From: an uncultured Tateyamaria sp.
Lineage (GTDB): Bacteria; Pseudomonadota; Alphaproteobacteria; Rhodobacterales; Rhodobacteraceae
DNA length: 64,000 nt
NCBI RefSeq assembly: GCF_947494755.1
Contig: NZ_CANLVZ010000008.1
Span: 50,739 to 114,738, forward strand
Direction: 5' to 3'
Of this stretch, positions 29,491-39,782 are shown in pieces; position 1 is the stretch's first letter; every line of letters begins with the position of its first letter. Below the pieces are notes generated by a model that saw only the letters and a program-made list of their open reading frames with translations, was not told the DNA's origin and did no database searches. The position numbers and the translations under genes are program-made.

Positions 29491-31674
29491 TTATCGATCA
29501 GACCCGGAGCGATTTTCGTTGGTCCGGGATCCGCTGCCACCGCCCAGAATGTCGTTCAACAACATCTGAATCAGCCCCTCGGTCGAGCGGGGGACATCGC
29601 GCTGCTGCGACCTTGGTGCTGGTTGCTGAGGCTGCGGGGCAACACCCGCAGGTGCGCGCATCGGCAAGGGGCGCACCGGCAACCCTTCATGCACGCGCAC
29701 CATGGTTTCCTTCCAAATCTCGGTCGGAAGGCCACCGCCGGTCACACCCGTGAGGGGCGTGTTGTCGTCATAGCCCATCCAGACTCCGGTGACGTAATCC
29801 GCCGTAAAGCCGATGAACCAGGCATCCCGCGCTGCCTGGGTCGTGCCGGTCTTGCCTGCAATCTCGCGCCCGCCGAATTGAGCGCGCCCGCCAGTGCCCT
29901 GGCTGACAACCTTTTCCATCACCCAGATCAGCTCGGCAGCCGCATTTTCCTGAATAACCCGCTCTCCGATGCCGCCCCCGGTTCCCATCAGCGGCTGGTC
30001 ATCGCCCTGCAGGCGCAAGTCGATCAGACCGTAGGGTGTGACAGACGAGCCACCATTCAGAATGCCCGCATAGGCCCCGGTCATCTCAAGCAATGTGCTT
30101 TCAGACGCGCCAAGCGCGAGCGCAGGCCCTGCGGCCAGATCACTCTCAATCCCGAAATCGCTGGCGATCCGGCGCACAAGGTCGCGCCCGACGCTTTCGG
30201 CGACCTTAACGGTAGGAATGTTCAACGATTGCGCCAGCGACTCTGTCAGTGTCACCCGACCCCGGAACTTGTTGTCGTAGTTCTTGGGCGACCATGGGCC
30301 CGAGCCGGGGATGTCGATGGTCAGGGGTGCATCATCCACCGTGTCATACGGCGAGTATCCCAGCTCAAGCGCGGCCGCATATACAAAGGGCTTGAAGGCG
30401 GACCCGGTCTGGCGTTCGGCCTGAATGGCGCGGTTGAACACGCCTGACACGCGGGTTTCCCGCCCACCGACCATGGCACGCACGGCCCCATCGGCGCTCA
30501 TCACCACAATGGCGGCCTGCGCCTTGGACCCCTCACGGACCTTGTTTTCAAAGACGAACTTCAACGCCTCTTCGGCGCTGCGCTGAATGCGCTGATCAAG
30601 GGTGGTACGAATGATCACGTCTTCGGTGGTGTTGCGGGTAAAGAACTCGGGGCCGGTCGACATGACCCAATCCGCGAAATAGCCCCCCGCCTGACGCCGC
30701 GCAGCAGCAGACAGCACGGCTGGATTGGCCTGCCACTTTGCCACTTCGGCGCCTGACAGATACCCCTGTTCACCCATCAGCCGCAGCACGGTTGCCGCAC
30801 GATCTTGCGAGCGTTGCAAATCGGATGTGGGGGCAAGACGCGACGGCGCGGTGAGCAAACCGGCCAACATCGCCCCTTCGGCGGGCGTGACCTCGGCGGC
30901 GTGCTTGCCGAAATAGCGCTGCGAGGCGGCTTCGGCCCCATAGGCCCCACCACCCATGTAAGCGCGGTTCATATAGATAGAGAGGATTTCGTCCTTGGAA
31001 TACTTGACCTCCATCGCCAGCGCATAGATCGCCTCTTTGGCTTTGCGGGCCAGCGATCCGCGGCGACAATCTGCGACATAAGCCGCCTCAGTCTTCCACT
31101 CGGATGGGTCATATTCCACGCCAAGGCACAGCAACTTGGCCGTCTGTTGTGTGATCGTGGAGCCGCCATGGCCCTGCAACGCACCGCGCCCTTCGGAAAG
31201 GTTGATGCGCACCGCACTCGCGATGCCACGCGGGCTGAGACCAAAATGTCGGTAAAACCGCTTGTCCTCGGTCGCGACAACGGCGTTTTTCAGCCCCGGC
31301 GCAACAGTCTCGGTCGTCACCGCGCCGCCAAACTGATCGCCGCGCCATGCAAAGACGGCATTGTCCTGATCCATCAAGGTCACAGAGCCGCGCGCGCGAC
31401 CATCCAGCAGGCGCTCCACATCCGGCAGCGTTGTCCAGAAGTACCCGACCGCCAAGGCAAGAACCGTGCAGGCGACAAAGGTGACACGCCACGTGACTTT
31501 CCAGATCAGGCGCAACACCCACCGGAACGCGCGCGTCAGAATATTGCCCGAGCGCTTGGGCTTGGCCGCCTTGCGCCGCTTGGGCGCGGGCTTTTTCGCG
31601 GTGGTTTTGGCACGGGTTTTGGGATAGCGCCGATCCGCCACCAAAGGCCGTTTGCCTTTTCTTGAATCACTCAT
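29491..31674 (-). CDS. Class A penicillin-binding protein (glycosyltransferase + transpeptidase)
   Basis: GT51 motifs ATEDKRFYRHFG and GGSTITQQ. Transpeptidase motifs SAFKP (SxxK), SLN and KTGT. Confidence 0.85.
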   Translation of the reverse strand: MSDSRKGKRPLVADRRYPKTRAKTTAKKPAPKRRKAAKPKRSGNILTRAFRWVLRLIWKVTWRVTFVACTVLALAVGYFWTTLPDVERLLDGRARGSVTLMDQDNAVFAWRGDQFGGAVTTETVAPGLKNAVVATEDKRFYRHFGLSPRGIASAVRINLSEGRGALQGHGGSTITQQTAKLLCLGVEYDPSEWKTEAAYVADCRRGSLARKAKEAIYALAMEVKYSKDEILSIYMNRAYMGGGAYGAEAASQRYFGKHAAEVTPAEGAMLAGLLTAPSRLAPTSDLQRSQDRAATVLRLMGEQGYLSGAEVAKWQANPAVLSAAARRQAGGYFADWVMSTGPEFFTRNTTEDVIIRTTLDQRIQRSAEEALKFVFENKVREGSKAQAAIVVMSADGAVRAMVGGRETRVSGVFNRAIQAERQTGSAFKPFVYAAALELGYSPYDTVDDAPLTIDIPGSGPWSPKNYDNKFRGRVTLTESLAQSLNIPTVKVAESVGRDLVRRIASDFGIESDLAAGPALALGASESTLLEMTGAYAGILNGGSSVTPYGLIDLRLQGDDQPLMGTGGGIGERVIQENAAAELIWVMEKVVSQGTGGRAQFGGREIAGKTGTTQAARDAWFIGFTADYVTGVWMGYDDNTPLTGVTGGGLPTEIWKETMVRVHEGLPVRPLPMRAPAGVAPQPQQPAPRSQQRDVPRSTEGLIQMLLNDILGGGSGSRTNENRSGSDR

Positions 31675-31770
31675 GTTTGACCCCTGCCCGGCCTTTTGTT
31701 TTGCCTACCATATCGGGTTTGTGCCGCATTGCCACGTCCTGCATCCAAACATTGAGCGATTCCTGAGTGA

Positions 31771-32265
<495 letters not shown>

Positions 32266-32292
32266 GCGCTCCAGCAAAGGGAAAAACGGACA

Positions 32293-33630
32293 ATGAAACT
32301 TACGAAATCTCTCCTCGTTGGCGCGGCCCTCACCGCCTTGCCGACGCTGGCGCTCGCTCAGGACGGGCCGACGCCCGGGGTGAACGCCTCGACCGACAGC
32401 GTGTTCATCTTCAACTCGCTGCTGTTCCTCATCGGCGGCTTTCTGGTGTTCTGGATGGCGGCCGGGTTCGCCATGCTCGAGGCTGGCCTTGTGCGCAGCA
32501 AGAACGTGACGATGCAGCTGACCAAGAACATCGCGCTGTTTTCGCTGGCGGCAATCTTTTACTACCTGATCGGCTACAACCTCATGTACCCGCTCGGCAC
32601 ATGGATGATGGAAGGCGTCCTGTCAGGCGTCTGGGGCCCCGGGGTTCTGGAAGCGGTCGGCGTGACAGCCGACGCCGCTGACGACTATGGCTATGCCTCG
32701 ACCGGCTCGGACTTCTTCTTTCAATTGATGTTCTGTGCGACGACGGCATCTATCGTGTCGGGCACCGTGGCCGAGCGGATCAAGCTCTGGCCCTTCCTGA
32801 TCTTCGTGATCGTGCTCACATCCGTGATCTATCCGCTGCAAGCCAGCTGGAAATGGGGCGGTGGTTTCCTGGACGAAATGGGCTTCCTCGACTTCGCCGG
32901 TTCGACTGTCGTGCACTCGGTCGGTGGCTGGGCGGCTCTTGTGGGCGCGTTGATCCTTGGTCCCCGTATCGGCAAGTACAACAAGGAAGGCCGCGTCGTG
33001 CCGATGCCCGGTTCGAACCTGGCGCTGGCCACACTGGGTACATTCATCCTGTGGCTGGGTTGGTTCGGCTTCAACGGTGGTTCGCAGCTTGCGATGGGCA
33101 CCGTGGGTGATGTGGCTGACGTGTCGCGCATCTTTGCCAACACCAACACGGCCGCTGCCGGTGGTGCGATTGCGGCACTGATCCTGACACAGCTCCTCTA
33201 CAAGAAGCCCGACCTCACGATGGTGCTGAACGGCGCGCTTGCGGGCCTCGTGTCGATCACAGCCGAGCCGCTGACGCCCTCCCTTGGGGCCGCGACCCTG
33301 ATCGGTGCCGTTGGTGGTGTGATCGTCGTCTTCGCAGTGCCATTCCTCGACAAACTGAAGATCGACGATGTGGTCGGTGCCATCCCGGTTCACCTGTTCG
33401 CAGGCATCTGGGGCACGATCGCGGTCGTTCTGACCAATGGCGATGCGTCGCTTGGCGTCCAGCTTTACTCGATCCTCGTGGTGGGTGTGTTCACCGTCGT
33501 GGCCTCGGGCATCATCTGGTTCATCCTGAAGGTGACCATGGGCATCCGGGTCAGCGAAGAGGACGAGATCAACGGCCTCGACATGTCGGAACTGGGCATG
33601 GAAGCCTATCCTGAATTCTCCAAAGGCTGA
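32293..33630 (+). CDS. amtB: Ammonium transporter
   Basis: 445 aa with a signal peptide and about 11 TM helices. Amt motifs (AGFAMLEAG, VHSVGGWAAL). Confidence 0.9.
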   Translation: MKLTKSLLVGAALTALPTLALAQDGPTPGVNASTDSVFIFNSLLFLIGGFLVFWMAAGFAMLEAGLVRSKNVTMQLTKNIALFSLAAIFYYLIGYNLMYPLGTWMMEGVLSGVWGPGVLEAVGVTADAADDYGYASTGSDFFFQLMFCATTASIVSGTVAERIKLWPFLIFVIVLTSVIYPLQASWKWGGGFLDEMGFLDFAGSTVVHSVGGWAALVGALILGPRIGKYNKEGRVVPMPGSNLALATLGTFILWLGWFGFNGGSQLAMGTVGDVADVSRIFANTNTAAAGGAIAALILTQLLYKKPDLTMVLNGALAGLVSITAEPLTPSLGAATLIGAVGGVIVVFAVPFLDKLKIDDVVGAIPVHLFAGIWGTIAVVLTNGDASLGVQLYSILVVGVFTVVASGIIWFILKVTMGIRVSEEDEINGLDMSELGMEAYPEFSKG

Positions 33631-33661
33631 GCTCCTTCCTCTCGACCTTAGAGACAAACCT

Positions 33662-33688
33662 GACCGGGCGTTCGCGCCCGGTCTTTTT
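33662..33688 (+). terminator. Rho-independent terminator after amtB
   Basis: GACCGGGCG-ttcg-CGCCCGGTC followed by TTTTT. Confidence 0.85.
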
Positions 33689-33693
33689 ATGTG

Positions 33694-33731
33694 AAAAGCC
33701 CGGCCTGCGCAGATGGCAGGCCGGGCTTTTT
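33694..33731 (-). terminator. Bidirectional-looking terminator, downstream of tyrB
   Basis: AAAA-GCCCGGCCTGC-gcagatg-GCAGGCCGGGC-TTTTT. Confidence 0.8.
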
Positions 33732-33757
33732 GAGCATTTACTGGAACAAAGAAAGGG

Positions 33758-34939
33758 TCAGACGCCTGATTGCACAATCGCGTCCGCAAGGATCGGCACG
33801 GTCTGTGCGTTCAGACCGGCGATGTTCATACGGCTATCCCCAACCATGTAGATCCCGTGATCTTCGCGCATCTTTTTCACCATCTCGGGCGTGGTGCCAA
33901 GGCGCGAGAACATACCACGGTGCTGCGCGAGAAAGCCGAAGCGGTCGGAACCGGCGCGCTGCTGTAGTTCGCGCGCAAGCTGTTCGCGCAGGGACAGCAT
34001 CGACAGCCGCACCTCTTCCAACTCGGCCTGCCAGTCGGCGCGCAACGCATCATCATTCAGGATCATCGTCACCAAACGCGCCCCGTGATCGGGCGGGAAC
34101 GAAAAGTTCTGACGGTTGAGGAAGGCCAGCGTACCTTGGGCGATCCCCTTGTCGGTGCCATTTGCCACCATCATCATGATGCCGGTCCGTTCGCGGTAAA
34201 TCCCGAAATTCTTGGAACAGCTCGCTGCGATCAGACATTCAGGCACCACCGCTGCAACGGCGCGGGTGGCTGCCGCGTCTTCGTCCAAGCCGTCGCCAAA
34301 GCCTTGATAGGCGATGTCGATCATGGGCGTCGCGCCCGTGTCTTGCAGGGTTTTGATCACCTCGTGCCATTGCGGCATCGTCAGATTCGCGCCGGTGGGG
34401 TTGTGACAGCACCCGTGCAGCAACACGACATCGCCGGGTTTGGTGGATTTCAGATCCTCGATCATACCGTCAAAATCAACGCCGCGCGTGGCATCATCGA
34501 AATAGCGATAAAGGACCGTCTCGATCCCCAGATAGCTGAGGATAGACAGGTGGTTGGGCCATGTGGGATTTGACACGAACACCCGTGCATTCGGGTTCGA
34601 CATCTGTATCAACTCAAACGCTTGTCGCACCGCGCCTGTCCCACCGGGGGTGGCTGCGGCGGCGACTTTATCGCGCGCAATACTGTCGCCAAGGACCAGC
34701 TTGATCATTGCGTCCGAAAACGCCGGATCGCCCGCAAGCCCTACATAAGTCTTGGTGGTTTCGGCCTGCCACAAATGTTGTTCGGCGGCCTTTATTGCGC
34801 GCATCACAGGCGTGTTGCCGGTCGCGTCCTTGTAGACCCCAACACCCAGATCGACCTTTTGGTCGCGCGGGTCGTCGCGGTACATCTGCACCAATTGCAG
34901 GATGGCATCGGGTTTCTGGGCACTCAGGTGTTCAAACAT
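33758..34939 (-). CDS. tyrB: Aromatic/aspartate aminotransferase (class I)
   Basis: Start trimmed to MFEHLSAQKPD. PLP-lysine motif SCSKNFGIYRERTG. Confidence 0.85.
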   Translation of the reverse strand: MFEHLSAQKPDAILQLVQMYRDDPRDQKVDLGVGVYKDATGNTPVMRAIKAAEQHLWQAETTKTYVGLAGDPAFSDAMIKLVLGDSIARDKVAAAATPGGTGAVRQAFELIQMSNPNARVFVSNPTWPNHLSILSYLGIETVLYRYFDDATRGVDFDGMIEDLKSTKPGDVVLLHGCCHNPTGANLTMPQWHEVIKTLQDTGATPMIDIAYQGFGDGLDEDAAATRAVAAVVPECLIAASCSKNFGIYRERTGIMMMVANGTDKGIAQGTLAFLNRQNFSFPPDHGARLVTMILNDDALRADWQAELEEVRLSMLSLREQLARELQQRAGSDRFGFLAQHRGMFSRLGTTPEMVKKMREDHGIYMVGDSRMNIAGLNAQTVPILADAIVQSGV

Positions 34940-35793
34940 CAGGCGTCTCCGGTTGCGACGGGCACGGTGGGGAACATGCCCCATTCGGCCCAACTGCCGT
35001 CATAAAGCGACCAGCGATCATGGCCGATCCGTTCAAGGGCGAGGCCAAGGATGGCAGCTGTGATCCCGGACCCGCAGCTTGTAATCACGGGTGCGCTCAG
35101 ATCAACGCCTGCCTCCTCAAAGACGGCGCGAAGCTGATCGGGCGACTTCATGGTCTGATCCGTGTTCAAAAGCGTGTTGAACGGGACATTACGCGCGCCG
35201 GGAATGTGACCGGCTCGCAAACCTTCGCGCGGCTCTGGCGCGTCGCCCCGGAAGCGAGCAGCGGCGCGGGCATCGACAATCTGGGTGGTCCCCAGTTTCG
35301 AGGCCTGGCTGACTTGGGTCACATCGCGCACAAGCTGGTTCTGATAGCGCACCGTCAGGTGGCGGTCCTTGACGACGGGGGCGAGGTCTTCGGTCGGGTG
35401 CCCTTCGGCCTGCCACTTGAGAAAACCACCATCCAACACGGCCACATCACGATGGCCCATCAGTTTGAACAGCCACCACACGCGCGGCGCGCTCAGCAAT
35501 CCGGCCCCGTCATAGACGACAATCTGGTGCCCATCACCCACGCCCATGCTGCGCATCCGCGACATGAACTTTTCCACCGGCGGGGCCATATGCGGCAGGT
35601 CCGAGCGGGCATCGCTGATCTCATCAATGTCAAAAAATCGTGCGCCGGGGATGTGGGCCGTATGATATTCGGCCTGAGGATCGCGCCCGGCGTCCGGCAG
35701 ATACCACGACGCATCCAGCACCCGCAGATCGGGGTCCTTGAGGTGGTCTGAAAGCCAGGCAGTTGACACGAGAGTTTTGGGATCATCGGACAT
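34939..35793 (-). CDS. sseA: 3-mercaptopyruvate sulfurtransferase (tandem rhodanese)
   Basis: Start trimmed to MSDDPKTLVSTAWL. Active-site loop CGSGITA. Confidence 0.85.
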   Translation of the reverse strand: MSDDPKTLVSTAWLSDHLKDPDLRVLDASWYLPDAGRDPQAEYHTAHIPGARFFDIDEISDARSDLPHMAPPVEKFMSRMRSMGVGDGHQIVVYDGAGLLSAPRVWWLFKLMGHRDVAVLDGGFLKWQAEGHPTEDLAPVVKDRHLTVRYQNQLVRDVTQVSQASKLGTTQIVDARAAARFRGDAPEPREGLRAGHIPGARNVPFNTLLNTDQTMKSPDQLRAVFEEAGVDLSAPVITSCGSGITAAILGLALERIGHDRWSLYDGSWAEWGMFPTVPVATGDA

Positions 35794-35861
35794 CGGGGCA
35801 GTCCCTTCAGGCGGTACAAAAACGCCCTTGGGTAACGCCGCAGTCGCGTTGAGGCAAGGGC

Positions 35862-36335
35862 TTAGCCCTGTTTGAGCAGACGTTGCTTTTGACGACCCCA
35901 ATCGCGCTTGGCGGAGGTGTCGCGCTTGTCGTGCAATTTCTTACCCTTGGCGATACCGATTTTGATTTTGGCCATCCCCTTGTGGTTGAAATAAAGGACA
36001 AGCGGCACGAGGGTCATGCCCTTGCGTTGGGTCGCATTCCACAAGTTCGCAAGCTCTTTGCGGCTGACCAGAAGTTTGCGGCGGCGGCGTTCTTCGTGTT
36101 TGAACATCTTGGCCTGCTCGTAAGGCGCGATATAGGAATTCACGAGCCAAAGCTCGCCATCCTCGACGGCGGCATAGCTTTCGGCGATATTCGCCCCACC
36201 CTTGCGCAAGGACTTGACCTCCGAGCCTTCAAGGATAATCCCACATTCCAGATCATCCTCGATCGCATAGTCAAAGCGCGCGCGCCGGTTTTCGGCGGCG
36301 ACCTTGTAGTTGGGATCTGATTTACCTTGGGCCAT
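35862..36335 (-). CDS. smpB: SsrA-binding protein
   Basis: 157 aa with a canonical SmpB sequence (NRRARFDY...GSEVKSLR). Confidence 0.95.
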   Translation of the reverse strand: MAQGKSDPNYKVAAENRRARFDYAIEDDLECGIILEGSEVKSLRKGGANIAESYAAVEDGELWLVNSYIAPYEQAKMFKHEERRRRKLLVSRKELANLWNATQRKGMTLVPLVLYFNHKGMAKIKIGIAKGKKLHDKRDTSAKRDWGRQKQRLLKQG

Positions 36336-36443
36336 GGGGATGGGATGTAGGGGGTGGACCTGGGGCGCGCAAGGGCTGCGGCGGTTTTACCGAATCGCAG
36401 GAGTATCGGCGCGATACTGGGCCGCGACAGGAAAAGGGACGAC

Positions 36444-37127
36444 ATGATGCGAATTTGGTTGAGTGTATTGGCACTTCTGGTCTTGGCCGGATGCACCGAA
36501 AGCGTGTCCAGAAATGCAAATGCCCGGGTCCTGATGATGGGTGACAGCATGTTCGCAATCCACGGCGCATCGCGTAAATCCGTTGCTCACCAGCTTGAGG
36601 CGCGCTTGGGCGAACCGGTGGTCGATCGATCCGTGTCCGGCGCACAATATCTGTATGCCCTTCCGATCAGCGGGAGCCTTGGGCTGCGCATCGGGCGGCA
36701 ATATCAGGCCAGCGATTGGGATTGGGTGATCGTGAACGGCGGGGGCAACGATCTGTGGCTGACCTGCGGGTGCCGGGCCTGCAATGCCAAGCTTGACCGG
36801 CTCATCTCGGCAGATGGAAAGACGGGCGAGATTGTTGATGTGGTCTCAACCGCGCGGGCGGGAGGCGCGAAGGTTGTTTACGCAGGCTATTTGCGCACGC
36901 CGGGTGTGCCATCCTCGATTGACCACTGCAAAGCCTACGGCGATGCGCTGGAGGCGCGTCTGGCCCGCATGGCTGCCCGCGATGGGGGGATCTGGTTTGT
37001 GTCGATGGCCGATCTTGTGCCCAACGGAGATCGCAGTTTTCACGGGCCGGACCTGATCCACCCTTCGCACAAGGGCAGTGCGGCAATCGCAGCGCGGATC
37101 GCAGCGGCGATCAAGGCGGCAACGTAG
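36444..37127 (+). CDS. SGNH/GDSL hydrolase lipoprotein
   Basis: Start trimmed to MMRIWLSVLALLVLAGC (lipobox). GDS block MMGDSMF and late block DLIHPS. Confidence 0.7.
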   Translation: MMRIWLSVLALLVLAGCTESVSRNANARVLMMGDSMFAIHGASRKSVAHQLEARLGEPVVDRSVSGAQYLYALPISGSLGLRIGRQYQASDWDWVIVNGGGNDLWLTCGCRACNAKLDRLISADGKTGEIVDVVSTARAGGAKVVYAGYLRTPGVPSSIDHCKAYGDALEARLARMAARDGGIWFVSMADLVPNGDRSFHGPDLIHPSHKGSAAIAARIAAAIKAAT

Positions 37128-37128
37128 A

Positions 37129-37184
37129 GGGCGGAGGACACCTCCGCCTTACCGGATGGCGCGTAAGGCGGAGGTGTCCTCCGC
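37129..37184. repeat. Two family-1 REP copies in inverted orientation (22-nt perfect arms, 10-nt spacer)
   Basis: GCGGAGGACACCTCCGCCTTAC-cggatggcgc-GTAAGGCGGAGGTGTCCTCCGC, between the convergent SGNH hydrolase and sulfotransferase genes. Probably a bidirectional terminator. Confidence 0.8.
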
Positions 37185-37197
37185 GCGGTTTGCTGCC

Positions 37198-38016
37198 TTA
37201 GTCGCCGAGTTTCTTGTGCACTTCCTCAAGATCAATCTCGCCGGTTGGCATCTTGTTGCTGGGGTCTTCAAAGTCATATTTGAATAGGTCGAAATCGCGC
37301 TTGAAGATTTCATAGACGAGATGCATCGACAGATCGTCAAAGTAGTCTTCGACCGGATGAGCCCGCTTGGGACCATGCCCCTCACTTTCATTAAAACGAG
37401 GAATGTCGGCGATGTTCACGCTATGCGGCGTCTCGATGGCGGACATGACATCCTCCATGCCCTCATTGAACTTTTCGGTCCAGATGATCTTGTCATAGCG
37501 CCCACCGTTCACAATGAACGTCGACACATGCCCGGACATGGCCGACCAGTGAATGTCAGGCTCCATTGGGCGACGCCAGCGGATGGTGTCACGGGCAAAC
37601 AGCAGGAACCGGCGGAAGGACTTGACCTGATCGAATTCCTGCTTGCCATCGTCCCCGCCCACTTCGATCCCGTATTTCTGGATCAAGAGCGGGACGAGGT
37701 TGCCCCGATACCGTTTGCCGTTGCGCTGGATGCCGCAAATCTTGTCGAAGAAGGAACTGAGGATGCGCGTGTAAGGATTGCGCACGCAGGTGAACGAGTA
37801 GCTTTCATGGGCCTTTACGTTTTCGGTAATGATCGGCTGACTCTGCTCGAGCGCCCATTTGTGCATGCCACCCTTGGCGTCGTGAATATCACCGTCAAAG
37901 AACTCACCATGATCCGAATAATACATGATCTGGCCGATGGTCGAGCAGGCGCATTTGGGCACCACGCGGTACACCACGCTCTCGCTCTCCGTCATCCAAG
38001 TGCCGGGAAATCCCAT
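37198..38016 (-). CDS. Sulfotransferase family 2-like (carbohydrate sulfotransferase type)
   Basis: Only the C-terminal 272 aa of the 612-aa track ORF make sense (ATG at 38016 or 37995). PAPS 5'-phosphosulfate-binding-like VVPKCACST and 3'-phosphate-binding-like VRNPYTRILSSF. G+C is about 49 per 100 nt by hand count at 37201-37300. Confidence 0.7.
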   Translation of the reverse strand: MGFPGTWMTESESVVYRVVPKCACSTIGQIMYYSDHGEFFDGDIHDAKGGMHKWALEQSQPIITENVKAHESYSFTCVRNPYTRILSSFFDKICGIQRNGKRYRGNLVPLLIQKYGIEVGGDDGKQEFDQVKSFRRFLLFARDTIRWRRPMEPDIHWSAMSGHVSTFIVNGGRYDKIIWTEKFNEGMEDVMSAIETPHSVNIADIPRFNESEGHGPKRAHPVEDYFDDLSMHLVYEIFKRDFDLFKYDFEDPSNKMPTGEIDLEEVHKKLGD

Positions 38017-38157
38017 ACTGCTCGTCCCTTTTACGCCGTCACATCCCTGTGTGACTTTCACTGTTCTCAAAAAACCAAAGAAATCAGGTTTATTCAATCT
38101 CTCCTTAGCTTTATCTACGTAGACAATAGCAGGTAAAGAGGCAGTTAAGTTTCCAAA

Positions 38158-39735
38158 ATGGCAAAAATCGCCTACATACTTCTGTGTCACAAGGACCCGG
38201 ACGCCATCATCAAACAGGCGGAACGATTGACGACAGCTGGCGATTACATGTCGATCCACTTCGACGCGCGCTCTGACAGCGCCCAATTTGCCAAAATCCA
38301 CGCCGCTCTCAAAGACAACGCCAACGTCACCTTTGCCCACCGTCGTATCCGATGTGGCTGGGGGGAGTGGAGCCTCGTGCAAGCCACCCTTTATGCCGTC
38401 GAAAGCGCAGTTGAGGCGTTCCCGCGCGCCACCCATTTTTACATGCTGTCGGGCGACTGCATGGCGATCAAGTCTGCCGAATACACCCATCGTTTCCTCG
38501 ACGACAACGACGCCGACTTTATCGAAAGCTTCGATTATTTCGAAAGCGACTGGATCAAGACCGGGATGAAGGAAGAGCGGCTGATCTATCGCCATTTCTT
38601 CAACGAGCGCACGCAAAAGCGCCGGTTTTACGCGGCCTTCAACGCCCAACGACGCCTCGGCCTGACCCGCGACATCCCGGCGGACATTCAGGTCCAGATC
38701 GGCAGCCAGTGGTGGTGTCTGCGCCGACGCACCATCGAATGGGTGCTGGAATTCACCCGCCAGCGCCGCGACGTGATGCGGTTTTTCCGCAGCACCTGGA
38801 TCCCGGATGAGACTTTCTTTCAGACCGTCGTGCGCCATGTGGTGCCCGAAGACGAAATTCGCACCCGCACCCTGACCTTTTTGCTGTTCACGGATTATGG
38901 GATGCCGGTCACGTTCTACGATGATCACTATGACCTGCTGCTCAGCCAGGACTTTCTGTTCGCCCGCAAGATCAGTGCCGAAAGCCATGACCTCAAGCGG
39001 CGCCTCGGTCTGCTCTATGCGGCCGAGAATGTCCAATTCCAGGTTTCGAACGAAGGGGCGAGCCTGTTCAAGTTTCTAACCGGACGGGGTCGGATCGGGC
39101 GCCGTTTTGCCACGCGTTTCTGGGAAACCGAAAGCACCTTGGGCCGAAATCGCGAGTTGCTGGTGATCATTTGCAAGAAATGGCACGTCGCAAAACGCCT
39201 GCTCGAACAGATCCGGCAGGTCACGAATGTGCCCGCGATGGAATATGTCTTTAACGAAGAGCATACCCCTCTGCCTGATCTGGGCGGCATTCAAAAGACG
39301 CTCGAAAAACGCACGCGGCACCGGCGGGCCTTGATGCGGATGTTGTTCGACTATTACGAAACCGACCGCCTGATCGTCTGCATGGACCCAAGCAACCTCG
39401 ATCTGTTGCAGGATTTCGCAGGCGACCGGTCCATTACACGCATGCTCGAAATCCAGTGCGACTTTAGCGATGACTACCTTGTGGGACACGCCATGCGCGT
39501 CGGTCTGGCGGGCGAACAGACCTCGCAAGAAACGCTTGAGCGGCTGTTGCCAACGATCCGCAACGACATGGTGTTTGAATCCGACCGGATCCGTGATGCC
39601 GATTTCGAACACTTCGACCGCATCCGCGAAACCGCCGATATCGAGGACAACACCAAAGCCCTCGCGAATTTTCTCACCATGTCCGACGACAAGGCGCGCG
39701 AAGTTGCATCCGCCGATTATCTGTTTTCAGACTGA
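38158..39735 (+). CDS. Glycosyltransferase family 14 (core-2/I-branching type) N-domain fused to an uncharacterised about 250-aa C-domain
   Basis: 525 aa. KIAYILLCHKDPD, YMLSGDCMAIKS and GSQWWCLRR fit my memory of the Branch/GT14 pattern. I cannot assign the C-terminal half (possibly a DUF). Confidence 0.6.
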   Translation: MAKIAYILLCHKDPDAIIKQAERLTTAGDYMSIHFDARSDSAQFAKIHAALKDNANVTFAHRRIRCGWGEWSLVQATLYAVESAVEAFPRATHFYMLSGDCMAIKSAEYTHRFLDDNDADFIESFDYFESDWIKTGMKEERLIYRHFFNERTQKRRFYAAFNAQRRLGLTRDIPADIQVQIGSQWWCLRRRTIEWVLEFTRQRRDVMRFFRSTWIPDETFFQTVVRHVVPEDEIRTRTLTFLLFTDYGMPVTFYDDHYDLLLSQDFLFARKISAESHDLKRRLGLLYAAENVQFQVSNEGASLFKFLTGRGRIGRRFATRFWETESTLGRNRELLVIICKKWHVAKRLLEQIRQVTNVPAMEYVFNEEHTPLPDLGGIQKTLEKRTRHRRALMRMLFDYYETDRLIVCMDPSNLDLLQDFAGDRSITRMLEIQCDFSDDYLVGHAMRVGLAGEQTSQETLERLLPTIRNDMVFESDRIRDADFEHFDRIRETADIEDNTKALANFLTMSDDKAREVASADYLFSD

Positions 39736-39782
39736 CCGCGACCCGGTTCAGAAACCCCTCGAACCCTGGCCCATGACGCTTT

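Noticed and set aside
38038-38055. GTCACA-N6-TGTGAC dyad as a CRP/FNR-type site.
   Set aside because: The half-sites are in the opposite arrangement to the CRP consensus TGTGA-N6-TCACA. I kept it only as an unexplained dyad within the sulfotransferase/GT14 finding.
38017-39036. N-terminal 340 aa of the 612-aa ORF that ends in the sulfotransferase.
   Set aside because: This part is antisense to the GT14 gene and crosses an A/T-rich promoter-like spacer. Sulfotransferase motifs begin right after the ATGs at 38016/37995.
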